64,000 bases of DNA from Thermoanaerobaculia bacterium (GCA_036380735.1 DASVEE010000045.1:77424-141423), one strand, 5' to 3'; positions 34,889-44,679 are shown, numbered from the stretch's first letter. Numbers and translations are program-made. Notes: generated from the letters alone by a model not told the origin.

Positions 34889-37833
34889 GATCTCGTTGCG
34901 CCCTCGACCGTTGCGCCTTCAGCCGCGAGGAGCGTGCGCGGATCCTTCTTCTGCTGCACCGCGTAGCGCTCGTCCAGGTCGTGCTTTGTCCGGCAGGAGT
35001 GGTTCACCGGGCAGTACTTGCACGAGTTGAAGTCTTCGTCGCGGTCGTTCGGGAACGCGGGGAAGACGCCGTTGCGGATCGACGTGACGAACAGCTCGAG
35101 CGTCTCCAGCAGTGCTTCGCGCTTCTCGGCGAGATCGAAGGCGAAGGCGCCGTTCTGCTCCCCGATGACGAGCGGCTTGATCGTGCCGCTGACGTCGGTC
35201 GACTCGAAGAAGTCGGAGACGGCCATCGCGTACAGCGCGAGCTGCAGGCGCACGCCGCGGTCGATCTTCTTCGCGAGGTTCTTGTGGCGCAGCGCTTTCC
35301 CCGACTTGTAGTCCACGATGCGGAAGCGTGTCGGACCGCGATCGATGCGGTCGATGGTGCCGTCGACGCGGAGCGTGATGCCGCGCGTGTCGAGGATGAA
35401 CGGCTCGGGGTGGTCGATCTGCTCGGGCCTGCGGTGGCGCTGGCCGAAGCGGTACTCGAAGTGGGAGGGGAGCAGCCCTTCGTCGGCCAGCTCGCCGAGG
35501 TCGTGGGTGACGAAGTCGCGGAGGATGCGCTTGGTGGCGCGCCGCTCGATGTCGCGCACCGTGCGGTTGAACGGCGGCGCATCGGCCTCGAGCTGATCGA
35601 ACGCCTGGTCGATGAGCTGCTCCAGCAGATCGACGAGGTACTGCGGCAATCGCGGCAACGCGGCCGCCGCCTCGGCGATGTCGTTCGGCTTCAGGCGGCG
35701 GTAGAACTGCTCGAGGATCTGGTGGTCGAGCGTCCCCTTGTCGCGGTGATGGATCTGGAGCTCGCGTTCGGGGTCGTCGAGGTCTTTGACGCCGAGGATC
35801 CATTTGACGAGGAACTTGTGCGGACACTCGCCAAAGTCTTCGAGCTGAGTCGGGGTGACGGATTCCAGCGTCTTCGCCACGCGATCGCGCAGGAGGTCCG
35901 GTCCCAGGTAGCCGTCGAAGACCGATTGCGTACCGGCCATGGTGAGCATCTGCAGCGCGCGCAGGCGTCCCGGGGGGACGATGGGACTGGGGCTGGCGGC
36001 GGAGTCATCGTGCGCCACCGCGGGCATGTCCCGCACGAGGCGTGACCGGCGCAGGATCTTGCCGAAGCCGTCAGACGCGGCGTAGCTGAAGCGCAGCTCA
36101 TCGGTGGCGTCGTACAGCAGTTGAAACAGCAACTGCTCTTCATCGCGGCCGTCGCCGATCTCGCGGACGCCGAGGGCGCGGCGGTCGGCGTCGGGGACCA
36201 GTGGGTCTTCGTTGCGGCGCTGCGGGAACACGTCGTCCTGCATGCGCAGCGCGAACAGATGCTGGAACGACCGGCCGCGGAAGCGGAGGATCTCGCCGGC
36301 GAAGACGCGTGGTGTTTTTTCGGGCTGCGGTTTGCGCTCTTCGAGCTCGACGTTCTCGATCGCGTCGACGACGGCGTTGAGGTCGAAGCCGCGGTTCCAG
36401 ACCTGTGTCCGGCGGAAAAGGTCCGCGATGGCGTCCAGCTCCTCGGCCGCCGCGACGTCGAGCTTCGTCTCGATGCGGAAGAGGCCGGGCAGCTTGCCGA
36501 GGAAGGGGACGTCGATGCTGGCGGTGAGCTCTTCGAGCTCGGCGACCAGCTTCACGTAGTCTTCGATGACGGGCGATTTGCGGCGCACGGTGCGCAGCTC
36601 GGCGCTGGTGCCGCCGGCGATGCGCGCCACGCGCGTCTCGGCGTCGGCCTTGTCGGCGTTGATGTTGGTCTTCGTCCGCAGGCCATCGCGCACGAGCTCC
36701 AGCACCTCGGCCCGCGGATAGCCGCGATCCCTCAGGCGGAGCAGCGTGATGACGCCGCGCCCGAGGCGGTGCGCCTTGAGGGGAATTATCTCGGCCAGGG
36801 TGGTGCGGAATCCGTGCTCCGCCGCAAAGCGATGAAGGAGCTGCTTGTCGTAAGCATCCATCGAGCGCGCGACGATGCCGATGTCATGGGCATCCACCCC
36901 CGCGGCGAGTAAGTCACTGACGGTGCGGCAGGTTTCCCGCAGTTCATCATGGCGAGTGGGATACACGGTTAGATGAACGCCCGGCCTATCATTTCGTGTC
37001 ATCCCGAGCGTAGCGAGGGACCTGGGTGGGAGGGGCTGCGTGAATGGCGTTTTTGCGTGCCCCTCCCGCCCAGTTCCCTCGCTACGCTCGGGATGACACA
37101 CCTCATCAGTCCTATCGGTCCCATCGTCCCCCAGCCTCTCCGCCAGCGGCCTGGAAAAGGGATGGTCGATGGGCATCCACACCGCGGCCAGCTTTTGCGT
37201 TTCACGCAAGGCGTCGACCACGGCGAACTGCACGCCGGTCATGTCGTAGAAGCCGGCCAGCAATTGCGGCGGGACGGCGGCGCCGCGACGGATGCGCTCG
37301 GCCGCGCGGACGAAGAGGTCGGCCGGGTCGATGGCGCCGAGGCGGGCGATGAGGCGCTCGTACTCCTCCCAGGCGCGGATGATGAGCTTCGTGCGGCCGG
37401 GATTGCGGAGCGGACGCCGCTGCGCGCGGGCGCGGAACTCCTCGAGCGTCAGCCCGGAATCGCGCACGTCGCGATAGGCGCGCTCGAGCATCGAGGCGAC
37501 GCCGCGGCTCTCCATCATCGGATGGTCGATCGTGCGGACGGCGGTGCGCATGGCCAGGCGGCGCTCGCCGTCGCTGGCGATGTGGGGGTAGTCGCCGGCA
37601 TCGTTGAGGATGCGCCGGGAGAGGGATTCGAGGGTGTCGATGGCCACCGCGGCGACGCCGCTCCTCGTTTTCAGCAGTTCGCGGACGATGGCCTCGGCCA
37701 TCGCCGACGACGGAACGATGACCCCTTCGGCCCACGGAGCGAGCGGATCGGGGGCGGAATCGCGTCCTCCGGCGAGACGCTGTGCTGTTTCGAGGGCAAT
37801 TTCACGATAACGGGCGAACCGGAGGAGGGACAT
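34885..37833 (-). CDS. addB: AddB-like helicase-nuclease subunit
   Basis: C-terminal RIVDYKSGK nuclease motif and Cys cluster CKYCPVNHSC. Stop overlaps the addA start. ATG 37833. Confidence 0.75.
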   Translation of the reverse strand: MSLLRFARYREIALETAQRLAGGRDSAPDPLAPWAEGVIVPSSAMAEAIVRELLKTRSGVAAVAIDTLESLSRRILNDAGDYPHIASDGERRLAMRTAVRTIDHPMMESRGVASMLERAYRDVRDSGLTLEEFRARAQRRPLRNPGRTKLIIRAWEEYERLIARLGAIDPADLFVRAAERIRRGAAVPPQLLAGFYDMTGVQFAVVDALRETQKLAAVWMPIDHPFSRPLAERLGDDGTDRTDEVCHPERSEGTGREGHAKTPFTQPLPPRSLATLGMTRNDRPGVHLTVYPTRHDELRETCRTVSDLLAAGVDAHDIGIVARSMDAYDKQLLHRFAAEHGFRTTLAEIIPLKAHRLGRGVITLLRLRDRGYPRAEVLELVRDGLRTKTNINADKADAETRVARIAGGTSAELRTVRRKSPVIEDYVKLVAELEELTASIDVPFLGKLPGLFRIETKLDVAAAEELDAIADLFRRTQVWNRGFDLNAVVDAIENVELEERKPQPEKTPRVFAGEILRFRGRSFQHLFALRMQDDVFPQRRNEDPLVPDADRRALGVREIGDGRDEEQLLFQLLYDATDELRFSYAASDGFGKILRRSRLVRDMPAVAHDDSAASPSPIVPPGRLRALQMLTMAGTQSVFDGYLGPDLLRDRVAKTLESVTPTQLEDFGECPHKFLVKWILGVKDLDDPERELQIHHRDKGTLDHQILEQFYRRLKPNDIAEAAAALPRLPQYLVDLLEQLIDQAFDQLEADAPPFNRTVRDIERRATKRILRDFVTHDLGELADEGLLPSHFEYRFGQRHRRPEQIDHPEPFILDTRGITLRVDGTIDRIDRGPTRFRIVDYKSGKALRHKNLAKKIDRGVRLQLALYAMAVSDFFESTDVSGTIKPLVIGEQNGAFAFDLAEKREALLETLELFVTSIRNGVFPAFPNDRDEDFNSCKYCPVNHSCRTKHDLDERYAVQQKKDPRTLLAAEGATVEGATRS
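36996..37099. repeat. ~104-bp palindromic element (40-bp arms) inside addB CDS
   Basis: gtgtcatcccgagcgtagcgagggacctgggtgggagggg / 24-nt loop / near-perfect reverse complement. Translated as CHPERSEG...SLATLGMT. Confidence 0.85.
37104..37131. repeat. Family-B repeat, solo arm inside addB CDS
   Basis: catcagtcctatcggtcccatcgtcccc, translated (minus strand) as GDDGTDRTDE. Confidence 0.65.
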
Positions 37834-37929
37834 GAAGTTGTTTCGATTGTAAGGGATCGGTGGCGTGCATGGATCTCGCAAATGCGCCGCGTTGGGCAAT
37901 GAGCTTCCGAATCGGGATAATGCGCGCAC

Positions 37930-38403
37930 ATGGGAAAGCCGCACGTGCGCGTCATCAGGGTGAGCAAACGGGTAACGGTCGCGTTACTCGTGCTCGTCAG
38001 CGGCGCCATGGCGGCGCTGATCTGGTATCTCTCCGGCAAAGCGTACGTCGGCGGGAACACGGTGCCGGAAGTGCTGTCGAAGGCGGTCACGGAGCGGCGC
38101 GGCCTCTCCCGCGACGCTTTCTTCGCCGTGCTCATGCCCATCCTCGGCAACGTGATGCTGTTTCTGCCGTGGGGGTTCCTCTTCTTCCTGGCCATCGACA
38201 GGCCGGAGCGTTCGCGGCCGCGCAGCTACGTCATGACATTCGTGGCGGGACTCGTCTTCGCGGGCTTTCTCTACGGTTGGCAATACTTGCTGCCGACGCG
38301 CGTGACGACGCTCGCCGACGCCGCTTCCAACGGCGTGGGCGCGCTGGGCGGCGCCTGGCTGGGGCACATGCGCAAGCAGGTGCGCGTGAGATTCAATTAC
38401 TGA
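37930..38403 (+). CDS. VanZ-like membrane protein
   Basis: NVMLFLPWGFLF and NGVGALGGAWLG motifs, four helices. Confidence 0.65.
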   Translation: MGKPHVRVIRVSKRVTVALLVLVSGAMAALIWYLSGKAYVGGNTVPEVLSKAVTERRGLSRDAFFAVLMPILGNVMLFLPWGFLFFLAIDRPERSRPRSYVMTFVAGLVFAGFLYGWQYLLPTRVTTLADAASNGVGALGGAWLGHMRKQVRVRFNY

Positions 38404-38413
38404 GGTTGATGCC

Positions 38414-38785
38414 GTGATTCTGGTAGTCGAAGACGATGCGCAGGTCGCGCGCCTCATTTCGCTCGTGCTGAAGCGGAGCGGTTATGAGTCCGAGATCGTT
38501 GCCGACGGACAGAGCGCGCTGGCGAAGGCGCGACAGTTGCGTCCGGCGATGATCTTCGCCGACCTCACCATCAAGGGGATGGGCGGCGAAGCGCTCTGCA
38601 GCGCGCTCAAGGCACTTCCCGAAACGAAAGAGATTCCATACGTCGTGGTCTCAGGCGATGCCGACATCGCCGAAAAAGCGCGCGTCTGCGGGGCCGACGA
38701 CTACATGGGCAAGCCATTTGAATTCGACGATCTCATCCGTCTCGTCAATAAATATGCAAGAGCTGAAAGCCGAAAAGCCGACTGA
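38414..38785 (+). CDS. Single-domain response regulator
   Basis: ILVVEDD, MIFADLTIKGMGG, VVSGD, DYMGKP. Confidence 0.8.
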   Translation: MILVVEDDAQVARLISLVLKRSGYESEIVADGQSALAKARQLRPAMIFADLTIKGMGGEALCSALKALPETKEIPYVVVSGDADIAEKARVCGADDYMGKPFEFDDLIRLVNKYARAESRKAD

Positions 38786-39374
38786 GTCTCCCGCCGACAG
38801 CGATCCTGTCGAACGTCTCATGAACCGCCTCGCGGAGGAGGGGTTCGAGTCCGAAATGAGTCCCTCGGAGTTCGAGGAGTATGGCGAGATCATTTTTCGC
38901 CGTCCCGAAAAACTCCCGATGGCCGCGGGCGAGACCGTCTTCATCTTCACCCGCATCTCCGAGCTCAACGAGCGCATCCTCCGGCAGACGTCGGAGTCGG
39001 TCGTGAACACGTACAAGGCGAAGAGCGCCGGACAGAAGGTCCTGTCCGTGCTTCAGTCGACGACGGTCTACCACTGCCTCGTCACCACGAGCGAACAGCC
39101 GCACAACGAGCTCCTCAACGAGTTCATCGTCCGCAGCGGCGGCGCGACGTTCATCCCCGTGGTGATCGTCCCCGGCATCAATCAGGTGCTCTATCCGAAC
39201 CTGGAAGACAAGGTGGGCACCATCCGCCCCCGCGTCGAGTACCTCCAGTTCCTCCTGAACGAGCGCCGCGAACCGGTCAACATGCACCGCCAGACGGTGC
39301 AGGCGTTCTGGGTCTCCATGGCCGTCGTGGCCCTGCTGATCCTGGCGGTCGGGTTTTCGTTCATCACCCGATAG
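38754..39374 (+). CDS. Hypothetical C-terminally anchored protein
   Basis: ATG 38754 overlaps the response regulator gene by 32 nt. C-terminal TM helix MAVVALLILAVGFSFI. Confidence 0.45.
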   Translation: MQELKAEKPTESPADSDPVERLMNRLAEEGFESEMSPSEFEEYGEIIFRRPEKLPMAAGETVFIFTRISELNERILRQTSESVVNTYKAKSAGQKVLSVLQSTTVYHCLVTTSEQPHNELLNEFIVRSGGATFIPVVIVPGINQVLYPNLEDKVGTIRPRVEYLQFLLNERREPVNMHRQTVQAFWVSMAVVALLILAVGFSFITR

Positions 39375-39500
39375 ACGAATAGGACCTATAGGACGGATGG
39401 GACTGCGGACCGTGCAGCCGAGTAGCCTGTAGTCACCGGCATCCCGCATCCAGGGTCCGCCAGGCCTATCTGTCCTATAGGTCCTATGCGTCCTATTTCC
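39371..39500. repeat. Family-B nonamer palindromic repeat (long-loop copy)
   Basis: atagacgaataggacctataggacggatgggac / ~58-nt loop with its own tgcggacc...ggtccgcc stem / ggcctatctgtcctataggtcctatgcgtcctatttcc. Confidence 0.85.
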
Positions 39501-39581
39501 GCGCGCACCAGTGGCCGCTACCACCGCTTAGAATCCCCTGCGCTATCGGCCGGATCACATTGCCGGTCCACACCGCCTCGT

Positions 39582-39752
39582 TCATTCGCGGCTGCGCATC
39601 TCGCGGAGCAGCGCTTCGCCGGAAATCGTTTCGCCACGCTCACACTGCGCGATTGACTCGAGCAGCACAGCCTTCAGTTCAGCGCTGACTTCGAAGGTTT
39701 CCTCGTCGCCGGCGGCGGTACCGTGCACGACCTTGCCCGAGGAGATTCTCAT
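39582..39752 (-). CDS. Possible small ORF (56 aa), antitoxin-like C-terminus
   Basis: Hand translation: MRISSGKVVHGTAAGDEETFEVSAELKAVLLESIAQCERGETISGEALLREMRSRE. Below the track cutoff and no partner gene seen. Confidence 0.25.
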   Translation of the reverse strand: MRISSGKVVHGTAAGDEETFEVSAELKAVLLESIAQCERGETISGEALLREMRSRE

Positions 39753-39828
39753 ATGAGTATTCTAGTCCGGGACGAACCATCCCGCCTCGCCGACCGACGT
39801 GGCGCCATCGCGTACAATCCCCCGCGCT

Positions 39829-40908
39829 ATGGAAGCTTTTCCCCTGCGGCCGCGTGACATCTATGACGAGCTTCGCAAGACGATCGTCGGGCAGGAAGAT
39901 GCCATTCGGGAGATTGCCGTTGCGCTGGTGAAGCATCTGGTCGGGCATCCGGCGCCGAACATCCTCCTCATCGGGAACTCGGGGACGGGGAAAACGACGC
40001 TCATGCGCGCGGTGGAGCTCTACCTCGCGGCGCATCCGGAGACGAAGGAATTCGGCAACGTCGTGCGCATCAACGCGAACGTGCTGGCCGAGGAGCATCA
40101 GGGCTACGGCCGGGTCGTGCTGGGGCGGCTGTTCGAGAACGCCAGGAAGATCCATGGTCCCGGCGCGGGGCTCGACCGCCTCATCAAGAGCGTGGAGCAC
40201 GGCATCGTCTTCATCGACGAAGTCGACAAGATCCGCACGACGGTCGGCGGCGGCGCGAACGTGCGCGGCATCGTGGCGCAGGAAGCGCTGCTGACGCTGA
40301 TGGAGAACGAGAACGTCACCTTCGAAGCGGACGGCATGACGCTCGGGCTCAACTCGTCGCACATCCTGTTCGTCGCCGGCGGCGCGTTCGAGGAGCTGTA
40401 CGACAGCGTCCTCCGGCGCGCCACCATCGGTCAGGACGTCGCGCCGATGAAGCCGGTCGTCGTCGTCTCCTCGACCGGCGAAGTGCGCGAAGAGCTGCCG
40501 TTCCACCTCCGCGACTACCTGAAGTACGACGATCTGTTCCGCTACGGGATGACGCCGCAGTTCGTCTCCCGCTTCGAGTCGATCGTCGTGCTGAACGATC
40601 TCACCGAGCCCGATCTCGCGCGCATCTTCGTCGAGCCCGAAGCATCGATCTTCCGCACCTCGCGCGAATACTTCCGCCGCTTCGGCATCGACCTGCAGAT
40701 CACGCGCGGTGCCCTCACCGCCATCGCCTGGGATGCCGCCCGGCAGAAACGCCTCGGCGCCCGTGCCCTCCGCGAAACCTACCGCCGCATCATCCGCAAC
40801 CTCGAATTTGAGCCCAGCAACGGCTCCGGCCCCGGCACGATCACCGTCGATGAAGAGATGGTGAAACACGCGATCGCGAATCGCGAACAGGGGTCGGGCC
40901 GGCGCTGA
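39829..40908 (+). CDS. AAA+ ATPase, ClpX/HslU-like, without zinc finger
   Basis: Walker A GNSGTGKT, Walker B IVFIDEVDK, ClpX-like IVGQEDAIREIAVAL. Confidence 0.75.
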   Translation: MEAFPLRPRDIYDELRKTIVGQEDAIREIAVALVKHLVGHPAPNILLIGNSGTGKTTLMRAVELYLAAHPETKEFGNVVRINANVLAEEHQGYGRVVLGRLFENARKIHGPGAGLDRLIKSVEHGIVFIDEVDKIRTTVGGGANVRGIVAQEALLTLMENENVTFEADGMTLGLNSSHILFVAGGAFEELYDSVLRRATIGQDVAPMKPVVVVSSTGEVREELPFHLRDYLKYDDLFRYGMTPQFVSRFESIVVLNDLTEPDLARIFVEPEASIFRTSREYFRRFGIDLQITRGALTAIAWDAARQKRLGARALRETYRRIIRNLEFEPSNGSGPGTITVDEEMVKHAIANREQGSGRR

Positions 40909-40926
40909 TCCGCTTTCGCAAACCTT

Positions 40927-41859
40927 ATGGCCGAACAACCTAAGAAATCACTCTTCGACAAGCTGAAACGCGGCTTGTTCATGACGCATACCGAGATCAT
41001 CGAGAAGGTGAAGGAGTCGCTGACGCCCGAGCTTCCGGTGAGCAAAGCCGCCATCGACGGGCTGGAGGAAGGACTCCTCGGCGCCGACATCGGGGCGGAG
41101 CTGACGATGTCGCTCATCGAGCGCATCGAGGAGCGCGTCCGCAGCGAGAACATCACCAGCATCGAGCGGCTCACCGCCGTGCTGCGCGAGGAAACGCGCG
41201 CGCTGATCCCGCAGCGGACCGCGGCGACGATCGACATCGGACGGCACAAGCCGTTCGTCATCCTCGTCGTCGGCGTCAACGGCACCGGCAAGACCACGAC
41301 GATCGCGAAGCTCGCCTCACGCTGGAAGGGCGAAGGGAAGTCGGTGATGCTCGGCGCTGCCGATACGTTCCGCGCCGCCGCGATCGAGCAACTCCAGATG
41401 TGGGCCGACCGCGTCGGTGTGCCGCTCGTGAAGCACCGCGCCGGCTCCGACCCGGCCGCCGTCGCGCACGACGCGGTCACCGCGGCGAAGTCGCGCGGCG
41501 CCGACGTCGTCATCATCGACACCGCCGGACGCCTGCAGAACAAGACGGGCCTCATGAACGAGCTGACGAAGATCCGCCGGGTGATCGAGAAGGAGCTGCC
41601 CGGCGCACCGCACGAAACGTTGCTCGTCCTCGACGGCACCACGGGACAGAACGGCGTCAGTCAGGCCGCGGCGTTCCTCGAAGCGGCGAAGATCACCGGC
41701 ATGGTCGTCACGAAGCTCGACGGCACCGCGAAGGGCGGCGTGATCCTCTCGATCATGCGCCAGTTCGACATCCCGGTGAAGTTCGTCGGGGTGGGAGAGG
41801 CGGCGGAGGATCTGATTCCGTTCGACCCGCAGGCCTACGTCGACACTCTGTTCGAGTAA
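40927..41859 (+). CDS. ftsY: Signal recognition particle receptor
   Basis: GVNGTGKTTTIAKLA, DTAGR, TKLDGTAKGG. Confidence 0.95.
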   Translation: MAEQPKKSLFDKLKRGLFMTHTEIIEKVKESLTPELPVSKAAIDGLEEGLLGADIGAELTMSLIERIEERVRSENITSIERLTAVLREETRALIPQRTAATIDIGRHKPFVILVVGVNGTGKTTTIAKLASRWKGEGKSVMLGAADTFRAAAIEQLQMWADRVGVPLVKHRAGSDPAAVAHDAVTAAKSRGADVVIIDTAGRLQNKTGLMNELTKIRRVIEKELPGAPHETLLVLDGTTGQNGVSQAAAFLEAAKITGMVVTKLDGTAKGGVILSIMRQFDIPVKFVGVGEAAEDLIPFDPQAYVDTLFE

Positions 41860-41886
41860 AGCATCAGCCCCAGCTAAACAAAAACA

Positions 41887-41929
41887 GAAAGACGCGCGCC
41901 GTCGCAGCCGGCGCGCGTCTTTCGTTTTT
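41887..41929. terminator. Bidirectional rho-independent terminator between ftsY and 41928..42347
   Basis: GAAAGACGCGCGCCG-tcgcagc-CGGCGCGCGTCTTTC, flanked by an A-run upstream and GTTTTT downstream. Confidence 0.7.
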
Positions 41930-42347
41930 ACTTCACCACCAGCGTCTTGGTTCCAGTCGCATCGGCTGTATCTGAGACGTACGCGATCGCTCCGGCGTTA
42001 GCTTTGACGAACGCGATGGCCTGGGCGTCGGACGCTTTCTCCACCGGCGGGACGTCGCGGCCGGAGAAGATCTGCTGCTGCCAGTAGCTCTTCACTGCTG
42101 ACACGCTCTTGCCGTGCACGTCCGTCGTGAAGCCGGCGCGTGCCGCGGATTTGTCGTTCTGGTCGACCGGCACGACGGGCGTGCCGTGCTCCCACTTCGC
42201 GGTCTTCTTCATGAAGATCGAAGCGAGCTCTTTTTTCGTTAGTGAATCGGTCGGATTCGCCGTGTTGACGATGACCTTCCAGCCGGCCGCGTAGGCCACG
42301 CTGTGGGTCATCGTCACGAGGGCGAGTGCGACGAGAAACTTCTTCAT
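41928..42347 (-). CDS. Small periplasmic PstS-like substrate-binding domain protein
   Basis: Signal peptide MKKFLVALALVTMTHSVAYA. The PBP-like motif SYWQQQIFSG is common next to TonB receptors. Confidence 0.55.
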   Translation of the reverse strand: MKKFLVALALVTMTHSVAYAAGWKVIVNTANPTDSLTKKELASIFMKKTAKWEHGTPVVPVDQNDKSAARAGFTTDVHGKSVSAVKSYWQQQIFSGRDVPPVEKASDAQAIAFVKANAGAIAYVSDTADATGTKTLVVK

Positions 42348-42359
42348 CGGTACCTCCAG

Positions 42360-44420
42360 TTAGAACCGGAACTCGGTGGTGAGCACGAAACGGCGGCCGG
42401 GGTGCGCCGTGTTGGTGAAGCGGGGGATGTAGCGCTCGTTCGTGAGGTTCTCGCCGCTGACGGCGATGCGCAGCCAGTCGGTGGGATTGAAGCCGGCACG
42501 CAGCTTCACCTCGTCGGAGGCGGGCGTCAGTTCCACGCCATTCGACTCGTACGGCTGGTTGAACGAGTAGATCGCCTCGGCCCACGGCGAGAAGCGGCCG
42601 CGGAACGACGTCTTCACGCCGAGCGCGCCGTACGGCGGCGGGACGCGCTGGACGAACGCGACCTGGTCGGTGTCGTCGGTCTCGCCCGAGGTCGAGGTGT
42701 AGTTGGCGAAGAGCGACAGCCAGGTGGCCGGGCGCACCGCGAGCTCGAGTTCGTAGCCGTCGATCGTTGCGTCGCCGAGGTTGCGGTTCTGGCGCACGGT
42801 GGGCTCGCCGGCGTCGCGCGTCCCGTTGCCGTTGAAGTCGATGAACGAAAGACCGTTCCAGGTGGACGCCGTCACGACCAGCAGGTTCGAGAGGCTGTTG
42901 TGGAAGTAGAACGCGGAAGCCGACAGCAGCTCGTTCTCGAACTTGACGCCGCCCTCGTAGCTGATCATCTCTTCCGCGTCCGCGTTCGGATTCGGGATGG
43001 TGGCCGTGGTGGCGCTGAAGCTCGCGGCGGAAACGTCGCGGAGGTTCGGCGCGCGGAAGCCGCGCATGACGTTGCCGATGATGTTGAAGTTGGACGTGGC
43101 GTGGAAGATGAGGTTGACCGCGCCGGTGAGATCGCTCTTGGTGGAGTCGAGATCGACCGGACCGCTGGGCAGCGTCTCGCTGCCGCTGGTGCGGAAGAAG
43201 CCGTAGCGCAGGCCGGCCGACGCCGTGAGGCGGTTCGTCAGCTTCACGTGATCCTGCACGTACACGCCGACGGTGTCGTACGTGGTGCCGTCGGTATAGC
43301 GGCCGCGGACGTTGCGGATCGCGCCGGTGCTCAGCGTGAGGTCCTCACGCGAAGAATCGACGGCGTCGCGCGTGGCGTCGGCGCCGTAGACGAGATGGTG
43401 CTTGCCGAAGAACGACCCGAGCTCGACGTTCAGGCCGAGGAGCGTGTCGCGCTCGTTGAACGTCGTCTGCAGATCGGGCGTCGTCCGCGAGATGCCGATC
43501 GAGCCGGTGCTCTGGCGGTTCCAGTAGCCGGTCGCGCGGATGGACTGCGCCCAGCCGCGATCGGTGAGGTCCTGGTAGGCGAGAGTGGCGAGCTGCAGAT
43601 CGATCGGCGTGGTGTCCGCGCGCAGCGCCGAGCCGCTGACCAGCGTGGAGTTGGTGCGTACGTCATCCTGCTCCGAGCCGCGATAGGAGAACGTCAGCGT
43701 CTTCTCGGTGGAGACGAAGTAGTCGAACCCGAGGTGTGCGGAGCGCTGCGAGTAGTCGGTGAAGCGCTGCGTGCCGACGCCTTCGCCGCCGCGCATCTCG
43801 CCGAAGCTCTGGTAGTTCGCGCCGACGATCCAGCGCATCTTCTCGCTCTGGCCGTACACCTGGAAAGGCGTGGAGAACGCTTCGGCGGCGCTCGAGTACT
43901 GCATGCCGAGGCTCGCGCCGAAGTTGCCGCTGGTCGAGGAGCCTTTGCGCGTGATGATGTTGATCACGCCGCCGAGCGATTCCGTTCCGAAGACGGAGAC
44001 GGCGCCGCGGACGATCTCGATGCGCTCGATCTGGCTGATGTCGATGAGGTCGAGGTTCGGCGTGTCGCCATAGAGGGCGTTGTTGACCTTCACGCCGTCG
44101 ATGAGCACCAGTACCTGCCGGCCGAGGAGGCCGCGCACCACGGGCGCCGCGTTGCTCGACGAGGTGCGGTACTTCACGAACCCCGTTTCATCGCTGAGGA
44201 TGTCGCTGAGCGAGGTGGCGTTCTTGCGCCAGATCTCCTCACGAGTGATGACTTCGACGGCGCGTGCCGTATCAAAGGTGCGTTCCGGGACGCGGTTCAC
44301 CGAGTAAATGAGGTGCTCACTGAGGGCGCGGGCATCTTCCTGCGTCGCTGGCTCGTCCGCGCGGGAAACGGGTGCCAGCGCGAGCAGCAGAACAGACGCC
44401 GCGAAAATCGCGTGTTTCAT
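42360..44420 (-). CDS. TonB-dependent outer-membrane receptor
   Basis: Signal peptide from ATG 44420, plug-domain motifs (IEIVRGAVSVFG), C-terminal ...TTEFRF. Confidence 0.9.
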   Translation of the reverse strand: MKHAIFAASVLLLALAPVSRADEPATQEDARALSEHLIYSVNRVPERTFDTARAVEVITREEIWRKNATSLSDILSDETGFVKYRTSSSNAAPVVRGLLGRQVLVLIDGVKVNNALYGDTPNLDLIDISQIERIEIVRGAVSVFGTESLGGVINIITRKGSSTSGNFGASLGMQYSSAAEAFSTPFQVYGQSEKMRWIVGANYQSFGEMRGGEGVGTQRFTDYSQRSAHLGFDYFVSTEKTLTFSYRGSEQDDVRTNSTLVSGSALRADTTPIDLQLATLAYQDLTDRGWAQSIRATGYWNRQSTGSIGISRTTPDLQTTFNERDTLLGLNVELGSFFGKHHLVYGADATRDAVDSSREDLTLSTGAIRNVRGRYTDGTTYDTVGVYVQDHVKLTNRLTASAGLRYGFFRTSGSETLPSGPVDLDSTKSDLTGAVNLIFHATSNFNIIGNVMRGFRAPNLRDVSAASFSATTATIPNPNADAEEMISYEGGVKFENELLSASAFYFHNSLSNLLVVTASTWNGLSFIDFNGNGTRDAGEPTVRQNRNLGDATIDGYELELAVRPATWLSLFANYTSTSGETDDTDQVAFVQRVPPPYGALGVKTSFRGRFSPWAEAIYSFNQPYESNGVELTPASDEVKLRAGFNPTDWLRIAVSGENLTNERYIPRFTNTAHPGRRFVLTTEFRF

Positions 44421-44464
44421 ACGTGCTTCTCCTATCTGAACGACTTGGACAGAGCGGCCCTTGC

Positions 44465-44479
44465 GCAACGGATGTGCCA
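44465..44479 (-). promoter_or_regulatory. Sigma54 (-24/-12) promoter for the TonB receptor operon
   Basis: Minus strand TGGCAC-ATCCG-TTGC(G). ~33-nt leader containing an AGGAGAAG SD sequence before ATG 44420. Confidence 0.65.
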
Positions 44480-44548
44480 CGCGTCTGTAGAGAGGAAGCA
44501 CGTCTCTCCGTGTCTGGAGTCTGGATTTCAGTCTGAGATCTGGAGTGC

Positions 44549-44642
44549 GCGCGTTGTCCGTTTCCCGTTGTCCGTTGTCCGTGCTGCGCGCGGCGTACAG
44601 CACCAGCACGGACAACGGACAAGGGAAGACGGACAACGAACG
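44549..44642. repeat. Family-A heptamer palindromic repeat between two divergent sigma54 promoters
   Basis: gcgcgttgtccgtttcccgttgtccgttgtccgtgctg / loop / cagcacggacaacggacaagggaagacggacaacgaacg. Confidence 0.85.
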
Positions 44643-44658
44643 AAGCCACTCTCCGGGA

Positions 44659-44679
44659 TTCAGACAATCACTGTCTGAA
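44659..44679. promoter_or_regulatory. Perfect 8-bp dyad TTCAGACA-N5-TGTCTGAA, candidate enhancer/activator site
   Basis: Lies 81-101 bp upstream of the -24 element at 44760. Related GTCTGGA / TTTCAGTCTGA motifs mirror it at 44508-44545. Confidence 0.3.

Noticed and set aside
39790-39818. Promoter with TACAAT -10 box upstream of the AAA+ ATPase gene
   Set aside because: The -35 region (CCGACC) is poor. A single hexamer match is not enough to call a promoter.
44421-44545. Riboswitch (cobalamin or TPP) in the TonB receptor leader
   Set aside because: I could not find a B12 box or the TPP CUGAGA/ACCUGAUCUGGAUAAUGCCAGCG core. The region is better explained by a sigma54 promoter plus a short leader.
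44549-44642. Family-A palindrome as the sigma54 activator binding site itself
   Set aside because: The same repeat occurs at eight other places that have no sigma54 promoter, so a specific enhancer role is unlikely. The unique dyad at 44659..44679 is the better candidate.
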